Source of the DNA: a bacterium
GTDB taxonomy: Bacteria > JAAXHH01
Direction of reading: 5' to 3'
NCBI GenBank assembly: GCA_965117045.1
Contig: OZ220749.1
Coordinates: 2,309,817 to 2,373,816, forward strand
Length of the DNA stretch: 64,000 bases
The notes under the pieces were generated by a model that had not been told where the DNA came from, made no database searches, and saw nothing but the letters and a program-made list of their open reading frames with translations. Both the position numbers and the translations under genes were made by a program. This document shows, in pieces, positions 17,495 to 26,873 of the stretch. Each line of letters starts with the position of its first letter. Position 1 is the stretch's first letter.

Positions 17495-19663
17495 ATGAAT
17501 AATGAAAACGAACCAGAAGTTCGATCTGAACCTGAAATAGTTGCCGATTTAGAGAGTTTGAGCCAAGAACGGGGGTACATCTATTCCTTCTGTCGAATGG
17601 TTGATGAATACCTGTGGATGAAACCGAATGATCCCGAAATCCCTGATTGGCACAGCCAATTAAACCTACGTGAGCTGACTTTTTTATTGGGATTAATGGT
17701 CAAGTATCAATTGACTGTAACTGATCCTCCAACTAAATGGGAGTCTGACCTACATATCAACAAGACCAATGAGTTGTTTCATGAACTTCATCAAAATCAT
17801 GCATTTCCGAAAACTGAAGAAGTAAACGCCGCCCAAGTGAACTTAGAAGACTGGGAATCGGGGTTGAAAAACACCTATACCGATTGGATCAAAAGCGGTA
17901 AAGGTATCGTCGAGCCGGTTTTCTACGGGGAAGAAGGTGCATATGATTTTCAATTCCTAAAAATGGCTGCATGGAGATACAGATTTGATAATCAGTGGAT
18001 AAAGTCAAAAATAGGCATAGATGTTAATTCTATGACTGATATCGCAGGCAAAATAAAACAATTCACCGAACACCGGATCAATGATGTAACAAGGCCGTCA
18101 GACTTCAGGGAATCATGCCTTCGGTTATTGTCAGTCTTCTTAATCAAGCCGAATAATGTTCCTGGTGCTAACAGGGAGGAAATCGAAGTCTTTCTTGAAA
18201 CCTTTTCTGTTGAACCAGGGGATGGAGTTAATCAGAACCTTGACACGATTGGTAAATACAACACGGCGGACTCACACCCCATTATTAAGATCAGTAATGA
18301 CCTTTATTTCATTCCCATCTACTACAACCTAGCAAAATCCATCTACGAAAACCCTTTCTACTGGATTCTCAAAGACAACGATTACAAACAAACGGGGCTT
18401 AAGAACAGGGGTGATGTCACAGAGGAAATAGCATTCGAACTGTTACGAGGAGTATTTGGTATAGACAACGTTTTTCGAGGGGTAAAAGTACAACGTGGTA
18501 ACAGAGATATAACGGATATCGACGTTCTTGCAGTCTGTGGGAGTAAAGCTGTCATTGTTCAGGTTAAATCTAAGAAACTCACCGAGTTATCGAGGAGGGG
18601 TGACAGGAAGAGCATAGAGAAGGATTTCAAACATGCTGTTCAGGATGCTTACAACCAAGCGTTATTATCGAGAAACTACCTGCTCGAGACAGATGAAACT
18701 TTGACTGTTAATGAAGAAAGGGTTATTCAGGTCAAAGAGAACATCGATGATGCCTACATAATCTGTGCAACTGGTGATCATTATCCTGCAATTAACATTC
18801 AGACAAAGTCATACCTCAAAAAGAAGGCAACCGACCCTTACCCAGTCGTACAAAGTGTTTTTGACCTTGAAACTATATCGTTTTACCTCAGAGACCCTTA
18901 CGATTTCATTTACTACGCTCGTCAACGCACTATACATGCGAGTCACTTCGAGGCTGAATCAGAAATGGCCTTTCTTGGTTTTCATCTAAACCAAAAACTT
19001 TTTCCTACAGATGGATATGATGTCACTGTTATCTCAAGATACTACGCACATCTCATCGACCTTAGTTTTCCAGTTCTAAAAGGTGAGCATCCTTTTTCAG
19101 ATTCTGCATTCAAGGTTTTCCACAAGTGGAAAAACGACGATTTTGATGTACTAGTGAATGAAGTTAAAGTTAGGAGTATTGGTCATCCACAACTGACAGA
19201 TTTGATTTTCTTTTTGTTCGATCTAGCAGGATCTGTAGCTGACAAGATTTTCACAGTCTTCGGCGAAATAAAACGAACAACTCGTCATGACCTTCAGCCT
19301 CACGATGCTACTATTCCAATTAGTCATGTTAAGAAAGGTGTGACACTATTTAGTTACCCTTCCACACATGTACTTAGTGAGCCAATGATCCAAGAACAGT
19401 TTCGAGGCTTTGCAGTTGCTAGGAAATACAAATGCAAGGCTAGTGAATGGTTAGCGCTTGGATCATGTGCACAAAGTTCAAATCTGATTGACTGTCTCTG
19501 GTATAGTAAAGAAGAATGGTGTTATGATGAGAACTTAGAGCGTTTATCAAAAATTCTATTAAAACAAGGGCGGGCAATTCGTACTGACGGACGGAAAATA
19601 GGTAGGAACTCACCTTGCCCATGTGGCAGTGGATTGAAATTCAAAAAGTGCCACGGGAAATAG
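17495..19663 (+). CDS. NERD-like PD-(D/E/Q)xK nuclease-domain protein with C-terminal SEC-C zinc-binding motif (722 aa)
   Basis: Central DITDIDVLAVCGSKAVIVQVKSKK fits the NERD/PD-(D/E)xK pattern (D...D...QxK). The extreme C-terminus CPCGSGLKFKKCHGK is a canonical SEC-C motif. GGGAAA lies upstream of the ATG. Confidence 0.6.
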   Translation: MNNENEPEVRSEPEIVADLESLSQERGYIYSFCRMVDEYLWMKPNDPEIPDWHSQLNLRELTFLLGLMVKYQLTVTDPPTKWESDLHINKTNELFHELHQNHAFPKTEEVNAAQVNLEDWESGLKNTYTDWIKSGKGIVEPVFYGEEGAYDFQFLKMAAWRYRFDNQWIKSKIGIDVNSMTDIAGKIKQFTEHRINDVTRPSDFRESCLRLLSVFLIKPNNVPGANREEIEVFLETFSVEPGDGVNQNLDTIGKYNTADSHPIIKISNDLYFIPIYYNLAKSIYENPFYWILKDNDYKQTGLKNRGDVTEEIAFELLRGVFGIDNVFRGVKVQRGNRDITDIDVLAVCGSKAVIVQVKSKKLTELSRRGDRKSIEKDFKHAVQDAYNQALLSRNYLLETDETLTVNEERVIQVKENIDDAYIICATGDHYPAINIQTKSYLKKKATDPYPVVQSVFDLETISFYLRDPYDFIYYARQRTIHASHFEAESEMAFLGFHLNQKLFPTDGYDVTVISRYYAHLIDLSFPVLKGEHPFSDSAFKVFHKWKNDDFDVLVNEVKVRSIGHPQLTDLIFFLFDLAGSVADKIFTVFGEIKRTTRHDLQPHDATIPISHVKKGVTLFSYPSTHVLSEPMIQEQFRGFAVARKYKCKASEWLALGSCAQSSNLIDCLWYSKEEWCYDENLERLSKILLKQGRAIRTDGRKIGRNSPCPCGSGLKFKKCHGK

Positions 19664-19782
19664 CATCTGATCCCAAAATTCGTTTTGCGGATCCGCCACC
19701 TTCCGATGTAACTCCCAACACTTTCCTCTGTCTGTCACTGGCTTATACCTTCCTTACATTTCAAAAAACCTGCATCCTTTCA

Positions 19783-20520
19783 TCAGCTTGACGACAGAAT
19801 CACACTAGCCCTCGATAGAAGAGATGAAATGAAGTTGTTGAACGTAAGCTCCTCAGCTGGTTCGCTATAATCACCTTTCGTCCCAGTTATCCGATCCGAC
19901 AACAGAAAACATGCACCGTCATACAGTCGTTCACGTAAGAGCTTTGTTAACAGAATTTCATACCGCTCAGCGTAGGAGGCGTTTCTAAACTCGGGAAATA
20001 CTGAAAAGTGCGGTTGATGAACCTTAACGGGACTGGTCGATTTTACGGCATGTTCTAACAGCATCAGATAACCAAGCCAAGGACGTGTTGAAGGCTTGAA
20101 CGCTCCCTCTCGATATGCTGCCCAAAAATCAGTTGCATTGCCGATTGCTTCTTCTGTGCGATTGTTGAAGTTGTTTCCGAAAGATGGCCCCACCTGAGAT
20201 TTCAATTCCACCCCAGCTACAAGTATACCATCCGCGACTATTAGCAAGTCCCATTTTTTTTCAGCTCGATACCACCCGGGCAGTACCATCTTCTTCTGGT
20301 GATATATCATGGTATTCGAGATTCCAATTCTATTGAGAGCTTCCTTTATAACTTCAGCAAACCCATGTAATTGAGCTCCTCCGGTGACAGCGGCTCGTGC
20401 CCCAGTATCACGGACACCAGAGAAGGTACCCTGTGCCTGAGATTGGGAAGTTCGCGTATTCCAGAAATAACTGACAGCCCGTCGAATCTCGTCGTCAAAA
20501 TCTGCCGAATAGCTAGGCAT
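19783..20520 (-). CDS. Type II restriction endonuclease (PD-(D/E)xK), family unassigned
   Basis: DLLIVADGILVAGVELKSQ contains the PD...ExK core. The gene is 7 nt downstream of a DNA methyltransferase gene on the same strand. Confidence 0.5.
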   Translation of the reverse strand: MPSYSADFDDEIRRAVSYFWNTRTSQSQAQGTFSGVRDTGARAAVTGGAQLHGFAEVIKEALNRIGISNTMIYHQKKMVLPGWYRAEKKWDLLIVADGILVAGVELKSQVGPSFGNNFNNRTEEAIGNATDFWAAYREGAFKPSTRPWLGYLMLLEHAVKSTSPVKVHQPHFSVFPEFRNASYAERYEILLTKLLRERLYDGACFLLSDRITGTKGDYSEPAEELTFNNFISSLLSRASVILSSS

Positions 20521-20526
20521 TCAAGT

Positions 20527-21567
20527 TCACTCCAATATTCCATTTCGAATCAATGCTGAACCGAATAGGGATGAGGCCGACTGACAAAGGCGGTTGTACG
20601 CAAAGTCGAAGTAGTCAGAATCAATCTCAAAACCGATGCTATTTCTCCCCCATTTTGCAGCAGCAACTAACGTCGTACCCGTACCCATAAAAGGGTCCAA
20701 AACAGTATCGCCTACAAAACTAAACATCCGAATCAGTCGTTCAGAAACCTCAAGTGGGAACGGGGCTGGGTGGTTCCTTGTCGACGCGCCCGATATTCCC
20801 GTCCAAATCTGTTGAAACCACTTGTTATGATTTTCAACTGAAATCACACTTAGGACCCGGGCGCTAATACTTGGGGACCTGTAACCTCCTGGTTTTCGTT
20901 CCATAAGTACAAACTCAATATCGTTTTTTATGATTGCCCCAGGTTCATATGGTTTTCCGAGAAAACGAGACCCTCGTTCGACTTCGTAGGCGGCATTTGC
21001 TATTTTGTGCCAAATAATGGGAGCTAGATTGTCAAACCCTATATCGCGACAATGTTCTTGGATAGAGGAATGTAGAGGGATCACCGTGTGGCGCCCGTTG
21101 TTTTTACGACGAGAAACACATACATCACCAACAATACATACCAGTCGACCGCCAGGTACTAGCGCACGATAACATTGAGACCAGACCTTATCTAATTCCT
21201 TTAAAAACCTATTGTAACTGAGGAAATTACCAAGTTGGCCGTTGCGGACGGGATATTCCTTGAGATTCCAGTATGGTGGAGATGTTACAACGAGATGAAC
21301 ACTTTCCTTTTCAAGTGCAGACGCTAGACGGGCGTCACCCAGCCAAAGACTATGATTAGTAGGGATATTTTGTACAGCCTGCTCGATTTCTTTCGTATGC
21401 CGCGTGTTACTTGCGATACGTGGTATTTCTTTCTGAGGGTTTTTCAAATTACGTAGGGTACTTGGAACGTAAGGCGCAAGGTCTGCGGACAGAGTTGAAT
21501 TCTGTTCTTTTGAGGGATTTGGGGAGAAAGAAGTACACATTCTTAAGCTGGCCTTCGTCATAGTCAC
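20527..21567 (-). CDS. Beta-class N4-cytosine/N6-adenine DNA methyltransferase
   Basis: Motif IV VVTSPPYWN precedes motif I FMGTGTTLVAAAKWGRNSIGFEID. This circularly permuted order is the beta class, and SPPY suggests N4C. Confidence 0.85.
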   Translation of the reverse strand: MTMTKASLRMCTSFSPNPSKEQNSTLSADLAPYVPSTLRNLKNPQKEIPRIASNTRHTKEIEQAVQNIPTNHSLWLGDARLASALEKESVHLVVTSPPYWNLKEYPVRNGQLGNFLSYNRFLKELDKVWSQCYRALVPGGRLVCIVGDVCVSRRKNNGRHTVIPLHSSIQEHCRDIGFDNLAPIIWHKIANAAYEVERGSRFLGKPYEPGAIIKNDIEFVLMERKPGGYRSPSISARVLSVISVENHNKWFQQIWTGISGASTRNHPAPFPLEVSERLIRMFSFVGDTVLDPFMGTGTTLVAAAKWGRNSIGFEIDSDYFDFAYNRLCQSASSLFGSALIRNGILE

Positions 21568-21641
21568 TGATTTTTGCTATAGGATTTCAAGGCACTCACC
21601 ATACACAATTGAGATACGTTCAGTAGACTTCAGATACAAGT

Positions 21642-24600
21642 CTACTCATTTACAGAAAAGTCCATCGGACCTCTGTAGGTATAAGCAATTGAAGTTTCTC
21701 CACATACACGCGCTGTTAAAACGCCGTCAGGCTGACAACTTATTTTAGATTTTGACATACCGAGTGACTCAAAAGTGGGTGACAGAACCTCACATTGGCC
21801 ATTTCCCGCTATTCTCAGTCTTACGATATCGTCCAATCGAGGCGTAGTAGGTCCATGCCATATTACAGGGATTTCTCCAGAATGAACCGACCACAACAAC
21901 CTATCAGCAGGCACATGATGATTAACAAATTCCAACCAACGACTATGACTGTCGGTAGTCGGCCAGTTTTTGTCTTGGCTTAAAGTCAATACGTCAGGTG
22001 ATCTCAACCATTCTTGCAACTCGCGCGCATTGGTAAAATCAGCATCGGTGTCGGATACTGCCTTGATCGCGGCTAATCGGGACGTAAAGCCAGCCTGCAT
22101 CAATCGAGCTGCACATGGTTTAAGTGTACCTCTTTCCAAACAGGAACCTAAATCTCTTGTCTCTAACTCGTCTATATTATATGTGTCGTGCCCAACAGTT
22201 ATAGTATCCTCGTTGGCAACCGCACGAACTCGCACGGCATCAACAGCCCATGCTAGTTTGTAGACAACACCATTCTCGATGAATCGAAGTATATCATCAG
22301 TTTGGTTAACACTATAACAAGTGAGAGATTCTCCTAGTAGCCAAAGTCTTAATACATCACGCCAGTTGCTAAGATGAGGGTCAGGAACGAACGGTTCGAT
22401 CTCAAATAGCCGTTCTCCTAATTCTAGTATTGCGTCGACGGCTCGATCATTATCCTTATCAACAATAGCTGCATTCGCCACAATCAGTAATGGGTTAAGT
22501 TCTGTAGCAATTGCATCCATGTATTGACCGGATGCCAAACCTACTCCCGCCAGAAAGTAACCTCGTCGCTGTGCTTTACTGCTCTGCATCCAGATTGTAT
22601 TGGCGCGACCAACCAATGCAGCCTTCAAGAGTGTCTGATGACTTTCTTTTTTACGCGCTATCCGTTTTTGCCACAAAGAAGACGACAGTAACTGATCAAG
22701 GCGCATTGACAATTCTTCAACTGGGATATCTTCTTCACCAACTAGACTAAATATCGCGGTATCCAATACAGGTAGGTACTGATTCCACTGTGCGGCGTAT
22801 CGGTTTGTGGTTTTAGTACTCTCTCTTGGAACAACCGGAAAATCCCACGCCTCAGAGTTATTAAGTACGTAGTCGGTTAGTTCCTGTATATCTGGTTTTC
22901 CAAGAGCAACATGTAGTCGCTTCAAGAATATCATAAGAAGCTCAAATAACCCACTTTCGATATCGTGACCACCCTCTTTCGCTAGAAGCCCAGACCACTC
23001 TTGTCTGGATCGTGTGTGGTTTTTGAAAACTGGGTAAAGAATCAACCCTTCTACATCAACAAATGCTCTCCCTGCACGCCCGACTATGTTATGAAAGTCT
23101 GAAGCCTCAATTATCTTCCACCCACCATCCCTGAAATGGTGAATACTGTGCATTACAACTGCGGTCGCACTCAGGTTAAGTCCTTGTGCAAGAGTGGGGG
23201 AAGAAATCGTCACTTTAAGTGCGCCACTCCGTAGAAGGCGTTCCATTTCAATTCTAAAAGGTGTTGGTAACGCTCCATGGTGAATAGCGACACCGAGTTT
23301 TAGGCACCTAAGGATAGGATGATCACTACCAAGCCATTCCTGTCCAATACTCAAGACATCATCAAGTATGCACTCATCCACGTCAAGAGCGGATTCTATG
23401 AATCCCTTAGATTCAAGATCAATAATTGCATCTGCGTAGGGAGTAACGGAATTCCGTTGAGGACAGTAAATCAGAACCGACTGTTTATCTTCTAACAGAC
23501 GCCACGCTGTCGCGATGGCTAATTCTCTTTGGTCTCTTGGAAATGGTTCTGTCCGCCTTCCACGTAGTGGTTTTCTTTCCCTAAAGAACGTGGGCACGAA
23601 TGGTCGTTCTCCACCAACCCTTAGATCGAGGCGGGCCCGCCTGTCGCGCCAAATCACTTCACCGAAACGCTGCCGAGTAGGCCGCCAGTCGGACTTGAGC
23701 GCCACACCTTGATAACCTTTTCTTATCCAACTAGTAAAGTCATCGAGCTTGTTACCATCTGGTAGTATCGCTGACAGACAGATGATCCTTCGTTGAGTCG
23801 CGTCTTCCCTATTCAGTAGACGTTGAATCTGAATCTCATACCGAACCTCACGCTCACCGAGACCAATCATATGACCTTCGTCAAGTACAACAAGGCCCAC
23901 GTCATTGAGTATTGTAGGATCGTTTCGTAACGCAAAATCAAGTTTTTCAGGCGTTGCCACTACTATATCACGCTTAAGGAGAGTATCTTCTTCAAAGCCA
24001 CTCGTTCCCACACTCCCATATAGTCCGGAGACGGAGTATCCTAATGGGCCAAACGTGTTTTGAAGTGTGGACTCCGATTGTGCGGATAACGCGCGAAGCG
24101 GAGTTACAAAAACAACACGCTTACCGTCGCTCAGGCATCGAAGAATACATAGTTCTGCAATACGTGTTTTGCCGGCGCTTGTTGGGAGGGACACAACCAA
24201 GTTGTCTGAAGTATCAACAGCACGACGTGCTCCTTCGATCTGTGAAGGCCAAAGTTCGATTTCCGCTTTCGACCTACGACAGAGCAAAGCGATGAACATA
24301 CTGCGTGCCGCGAGCCATGAGGGGTTCTCACCATCAGGAAGGTCTTGGGGAAGCAGGTTATGAAAACTCGCCTGCCAAAGATCGTCAAATAGTTGGATAG
24401 CCAACCGAAAGCACCACCACTGCGGTACAAAATTCATTTCCGTAGCAACTCGCAATCCTGTCTGTAACTCTTCACGAGCCCTTGTCTCGAGTGCCTTCTC
24501 CCCTGTCTCAATAGCAAGAAGAAAGTAACATAGACCTGAATAAAACTGATCACAGAGCGCTAGATTCAGTGCGACAAGAACCGATTCCTCAAACTGATCG

Positions 24601-25163
24601 CTCGGTGCATCGGCACCAACAGTTGGTTCCTGAGAGGACAGGAACTCAACAAGTCTCTCATCCGAGGCTTCCCCTCTGGCTTTCCATTCGGTGATTTCGT
24701 CTTCAAGCTGATTAAAGTTCCTAAGAATAAGGAAAGATAAACCTCGTTCAATTTGCGACAGATTTGAACTGTGAATTGATTTTATCAGTAAAGAATACGC
24801 CCGGGCTGAAGAACGTCCAAGGTGGTAAGCAGCAGCGGCTAATATCCGTAGAAATCCACGTTGTGGATCGTCGGGGTCACCATTTGCCACGACCGCTTCG
24901 ATTGCCTCTCCAGACTGGATAAACGCACGGGACGCTAGCTGCTCATCACCGCCTTGTGTTCGGAGGTGAATGGCATGTAGCAAGAGTGCATCACCGTAAA
25001 CTATTAAATCATAAGACAGCATCTCCGTAAACGCTGGTGCGCCACGGGGTAGAACACCATCTCGCCAAATCAACGATCGTGCTTGGCCTCGTGCCAGAAG
25101 TTGTGCACGAAAGGCGGGCTCGAGCGCTGAAGCAACTACACTCTCTAGTTGTTCAAGATTCAT
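21642..25163 (-). CDS. Large SF2 DExH (DEGH) helicase, HamB-like, 1173 aa
   Basis: Walker A TSAGKTRIAE, motif II VVLDEGHMIG and motif VI HNIVGRAGRAF. About 300 aa of helical N-terminus and about 450 aa of C-terminal extension. The start overlaps the upstream 257-aa ORF by 11 nt. Confidence 0.85.
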   Translation of the reverse strand: MNLEQLESVVASALEPAFRAQLLARGQARSLIWRDGVLPRGAPAFTEMLSYDLIVYGDALLLHAIHLRTQGGDEQLASRAFIQSGEAIEAVVANGDPDDPQRGFLRILAAAAYHLGRSSARAYSLLIKSIHSSNLSQIERGLSFLILRNFNQLEDEITEWKARGEASDERLVEFLSSQEPTVGADAPSDQFEESVLVALNLALCDQFYSGLCYFLLAIETGEKALETRAREELQTGLRVATEMNFVPQWWCFRLAIQLFDDLWQASFHNLLPQDLPDGENPSWLAARSMFIALLCRRSKAEIELWPSQIEGARRAVDTSDNLVVSLPTSAGKTRIAELCILRCLSDGKRVVFVTPLRALSAQSESTLQNTFGPLGYSVSGLYGSVGTSGFEEDTLLKRDIVVATPEKLDFALRNDPTILNDVGLVVLDEGHMIGLGEREVRYEIQIQRLLNREDATQRRIICLSAILPDGNKLDDFTSWIRKGYQGVALKSDWRPTRQRFGEVIWRDRRARLDLRVGGERPFVPTFFRERKPLRGRRTEPFPRDQRELAIATAWRLLEDKQSVLIYCPQRNSVTPYADAIIDLESKGFIESALDVDECILDDVLSIGQEWLGSDHPILRCLKLGVAIHHGALPTPFRIEMERLLRSGALKVTISSPTLAQGLNLSATAVVMHSIHHFRDGGWKIIEASDFHNIVGRAGRAFVDVEGLILYPVFKNHTRSRQEWSGLLAKEGGHDIESGLFELLMIFLKRLHVALGKPDIQELTDYVLNNSEAWDFPVVPRESTKTTNRYAAQWNQYLPVLDTAIFSLVGEEDIPVEELSMRLDQLLSSSLWQKRIARKKESHQTLLKAALVGRANTIWMQSSKAQRRGYFLAGVGLASGQYMDAIATELNPLLIVANAAIVDKDNDRAVDAILELGERLFEIEPFVPDPHLSNWRDVLRLWLLGESLTCYSVNQTDDILRFIENGVVYKLAWAVDAVRVRAVANEDTITVGHDTYNIDELETRDLGSCLERGTLKPCAARLMQAGFTSRLAAIKAVSDTDADFTNARELQEWLRSPDVLTLSQDKNWPTTDSHSRWLEFVNHHVPADRLLWSVHSGEIPVIWHGPTTPRLDDIVRLRIAGNGQCEVLSPTFESLGMSKSKISCQPDGVLTARVCGETSIAYTYRGPMDFSVNE

Positions 25164-25926
25164 GCACGTTCATTGCTTTCTTAAAGACATTCTCGATAAA
25201 CTTTTGGTGTTTTAGTACCTGCAGTCCTACTGCTCTCTGCATAATTGGTCCGTTATACTTCTTAAGATCTGTGGTTAAAAAGGATTCAGGTTCATTTCCA
25301 GTAAAAGTAAATAACAAGTGCTCAACGTGACTGTGCCTTATGTCCTTAACTAATTGAGCAACTGTTATCGCATCAGAAAGGACGGTGTCACCGAGTTCCA
25401 ATAGACGTTCAGCAACAAAGCTAAGCGCGTGACCGGAGGGTAAACCGTTGTCGCGGTCTAAACATTGTCGCGCTTCTGTAATTGTGCGCTTGTTCAGAAA
25501 TTTACGGCTTTTAGCTTCAGTTTTTAAGAACCGAAGTGGAGTGCCGTCACGTGGGTCTTTGATTCCAATTACATCATCGCCTCGCATAGGCATCTCGCGT
25601 GAATCCTTCCATCGCAGACGCTTTATGGGGACGACATAGTCGGTCTTTTCGCCAATATATTCGGTTGCAAGTATCTCCCCCAGATCTCCGGACCGGATTG
25701 GTTTTGAGTGAGGGAGTTTTTGTTGTAACAGATTCGCTACACCTTCCTTATCAAGCAATTTGAATACCTGCTGAAGACGCTGCTCACTGACGTAATGCTG
25801 CGGAAGAACAGCAGCTGTGCATCGACACCCCGCCTCGACGGAATTTTCGTCTGCTCTGAGTAGTTGTAACGCATGAGTGTTGATGTTCTTGTTCTGTTCA
25901 TGCGTCCAATCAGATAGGAATAGCAC
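25153..25926 (-). CDS. Small putative PD-(D/E)xK protein, HamA (DUF1837)-like
   Basis: GDDVIGIKD...RFLKTEAK fits D-x(19)-E-A-K. It is translationally coupled to the helicase. Assignment to DUF1837 is from memory of Hachiman architecture, not from a search. Confidence 0.4.
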   Translation of the reverse strand: MLFLSDWTHEQNKNINTHALQLLRADENSVEAGCRCTAAVLPQHYVSEQRLQQVFKLLDKEGVANLLQQKLPHSKPIRSGDLGEILATEYIGEKTDYVVPIKRLRWKDSREMPMRGDDVIGIKDPRDGTPLRFLKTEAKSRKFLNKRTITEARQCLDRDNGLPSGHALSFVAERLLELGDTVLSDAITVAQLVKDIRHSHVEHLLFTFTGNEPESFLTTDLKKYNGPIMQRAVGLQVLKHQKFIENVFKKAMNVHES

Positions 25927-26069
25927 CTAGCAAAAAACCTTGTAGCGCATTATTTTTCGTTTAGAGTTGAACAAAACCCTTCGGAAACGGATACCGACTT
26001 GGTATTTTGGGTTTCCAAGTAACAAATAAGGAATCTTCATTTCGGGCGATTGTACTATAAGCAAATCTA

Positions 26070-26855
26070 TCACCCCACCCCCACCTCAATCCCAATCGGA
26101 CAGTGGTCCGACCCCATGACGTCGGGCATGATCCATGCCTTCGAGACGGCGGGCATCAGGTCCTCGGTCACGTAGAAGTAATCGATCCGCCAGCCCACGT
26201 TCCTTTTTCTCGCTCCTGACATGAGGTGCCACCAGGTGTAGTTGTCCGGCCCTTCGTCGAATTGTCGGAAGGTATCCACGTAGCCCTGGTCGACGATCTT
26301 GTCGATCCAATCGCGTTCCATGGGGAGGAACCCGGAGATCTTCTCGTTGTCCTTGGGCCGGGCCAGGTCGACGGCCTTGTGGGCCGTATTCACGTCGCCG
26401 CAGATGACCAGCTTCTTGCCGTCCGCGCGCAGCGATTCCCAGTGGGCCAGGATGGCCTCGTAGAAATCCATCTTGTACTGCAGCCGCTGGGCGTTCTGCT
26501 TTCCATTCGGGAAGTACACGTTGAACAGGGTGAAATCCGGATACTCCAGCACCAGGGTCCGGCCTTCCGAATCGAACCGGTCCTCGCCGAATCCCTTCTC
26601 GACGCTGAGGGGTTCGTGGCGCGTGTAGACCCCTACACCGCTGTATCCTTTTTTCTCCGCTTCCGACCAGAAGCTCGTATATCTGTCGACCTCCGTGATC
26701 TTGGCATCCAGCTGCGACTCCTGGGACTTGGTTTCCTGGATACACAGGATGTCCGGCGCCTCCTCCTGAAGCCACTCGATGAATCCCTTCTTCGCCACCG
26801 CCCTTACGCCGTTCACGTTCCAGCTCAACAGTTTCCATGAAGACATGAAGATCAC
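26070..26855 (-). CDS. xth: Exodeoxyribonuclease III
   Basis: LLSWNVNGVRA, ILCIQETK and the C-terminal SDHCPI region are characteristic of the ExoIII/APE1 family. Confidence 0.85.
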   Translation of the reverse strand: MIFMSSWKLLSWNVNGVRAVAKKGFIEWLQEEAPDILCIQETKSQESQLDAKITEVDRYTSFWSEAEKKGYSGVGVYTRHEPLSVEKGFGEDRFDSEGRTLVLEYPDFTLFNVYFPNGKQNAQRLQYKMDFYEAILAHWESLRADGKKLVICGDVNTAHKAVDLARPKDNEKISGFLPMERDWIDKIVDQGYVDTFRQFDEGPDNYTWWHLMSGARKRNVGWRIDYFYVTEDLMPAVSKAWIMPDVMGSDHCPIGIEVGVG

Positions 26856-26873
26856 CTTTCCTGGTTGATGCCG

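Larger units (their letters stand above)
13850..26065. other. Low-GC genomic (defence) island; core 15950-26065
   Basis: Base composition drops abruptly from roughly 63-65% GC to roughly 40-45% GC (judged by eye, e.g. 16233-16300 versus 26100-26160) and returns at 26070. All ORFs inside are TA, restriction-modification, helicase or nuclease genes. No integrase, transposase or tRNA was found. Confidence 0.7.

Noticed and set aside
19664-19782. GCGGATCCGC palindrome between the convergent defence operons as a bidirectional terminator
   Set aside because: The stem has no loop and no flanking U/A run; evidence is too weak to call a terminator.
19783-25926. Type III restriction-modification (Mod-Res) or DISARM/BREX interpretation of the MTase-helicase cluster
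   Set aside because: The MTase is only 346 aa and is followed by a compact PD-ExK REase, which is the classic type II layout. No DUF1998, PLD, PglZ or BrxC genes are present, and the helicase precedes rather than follows the MTase.
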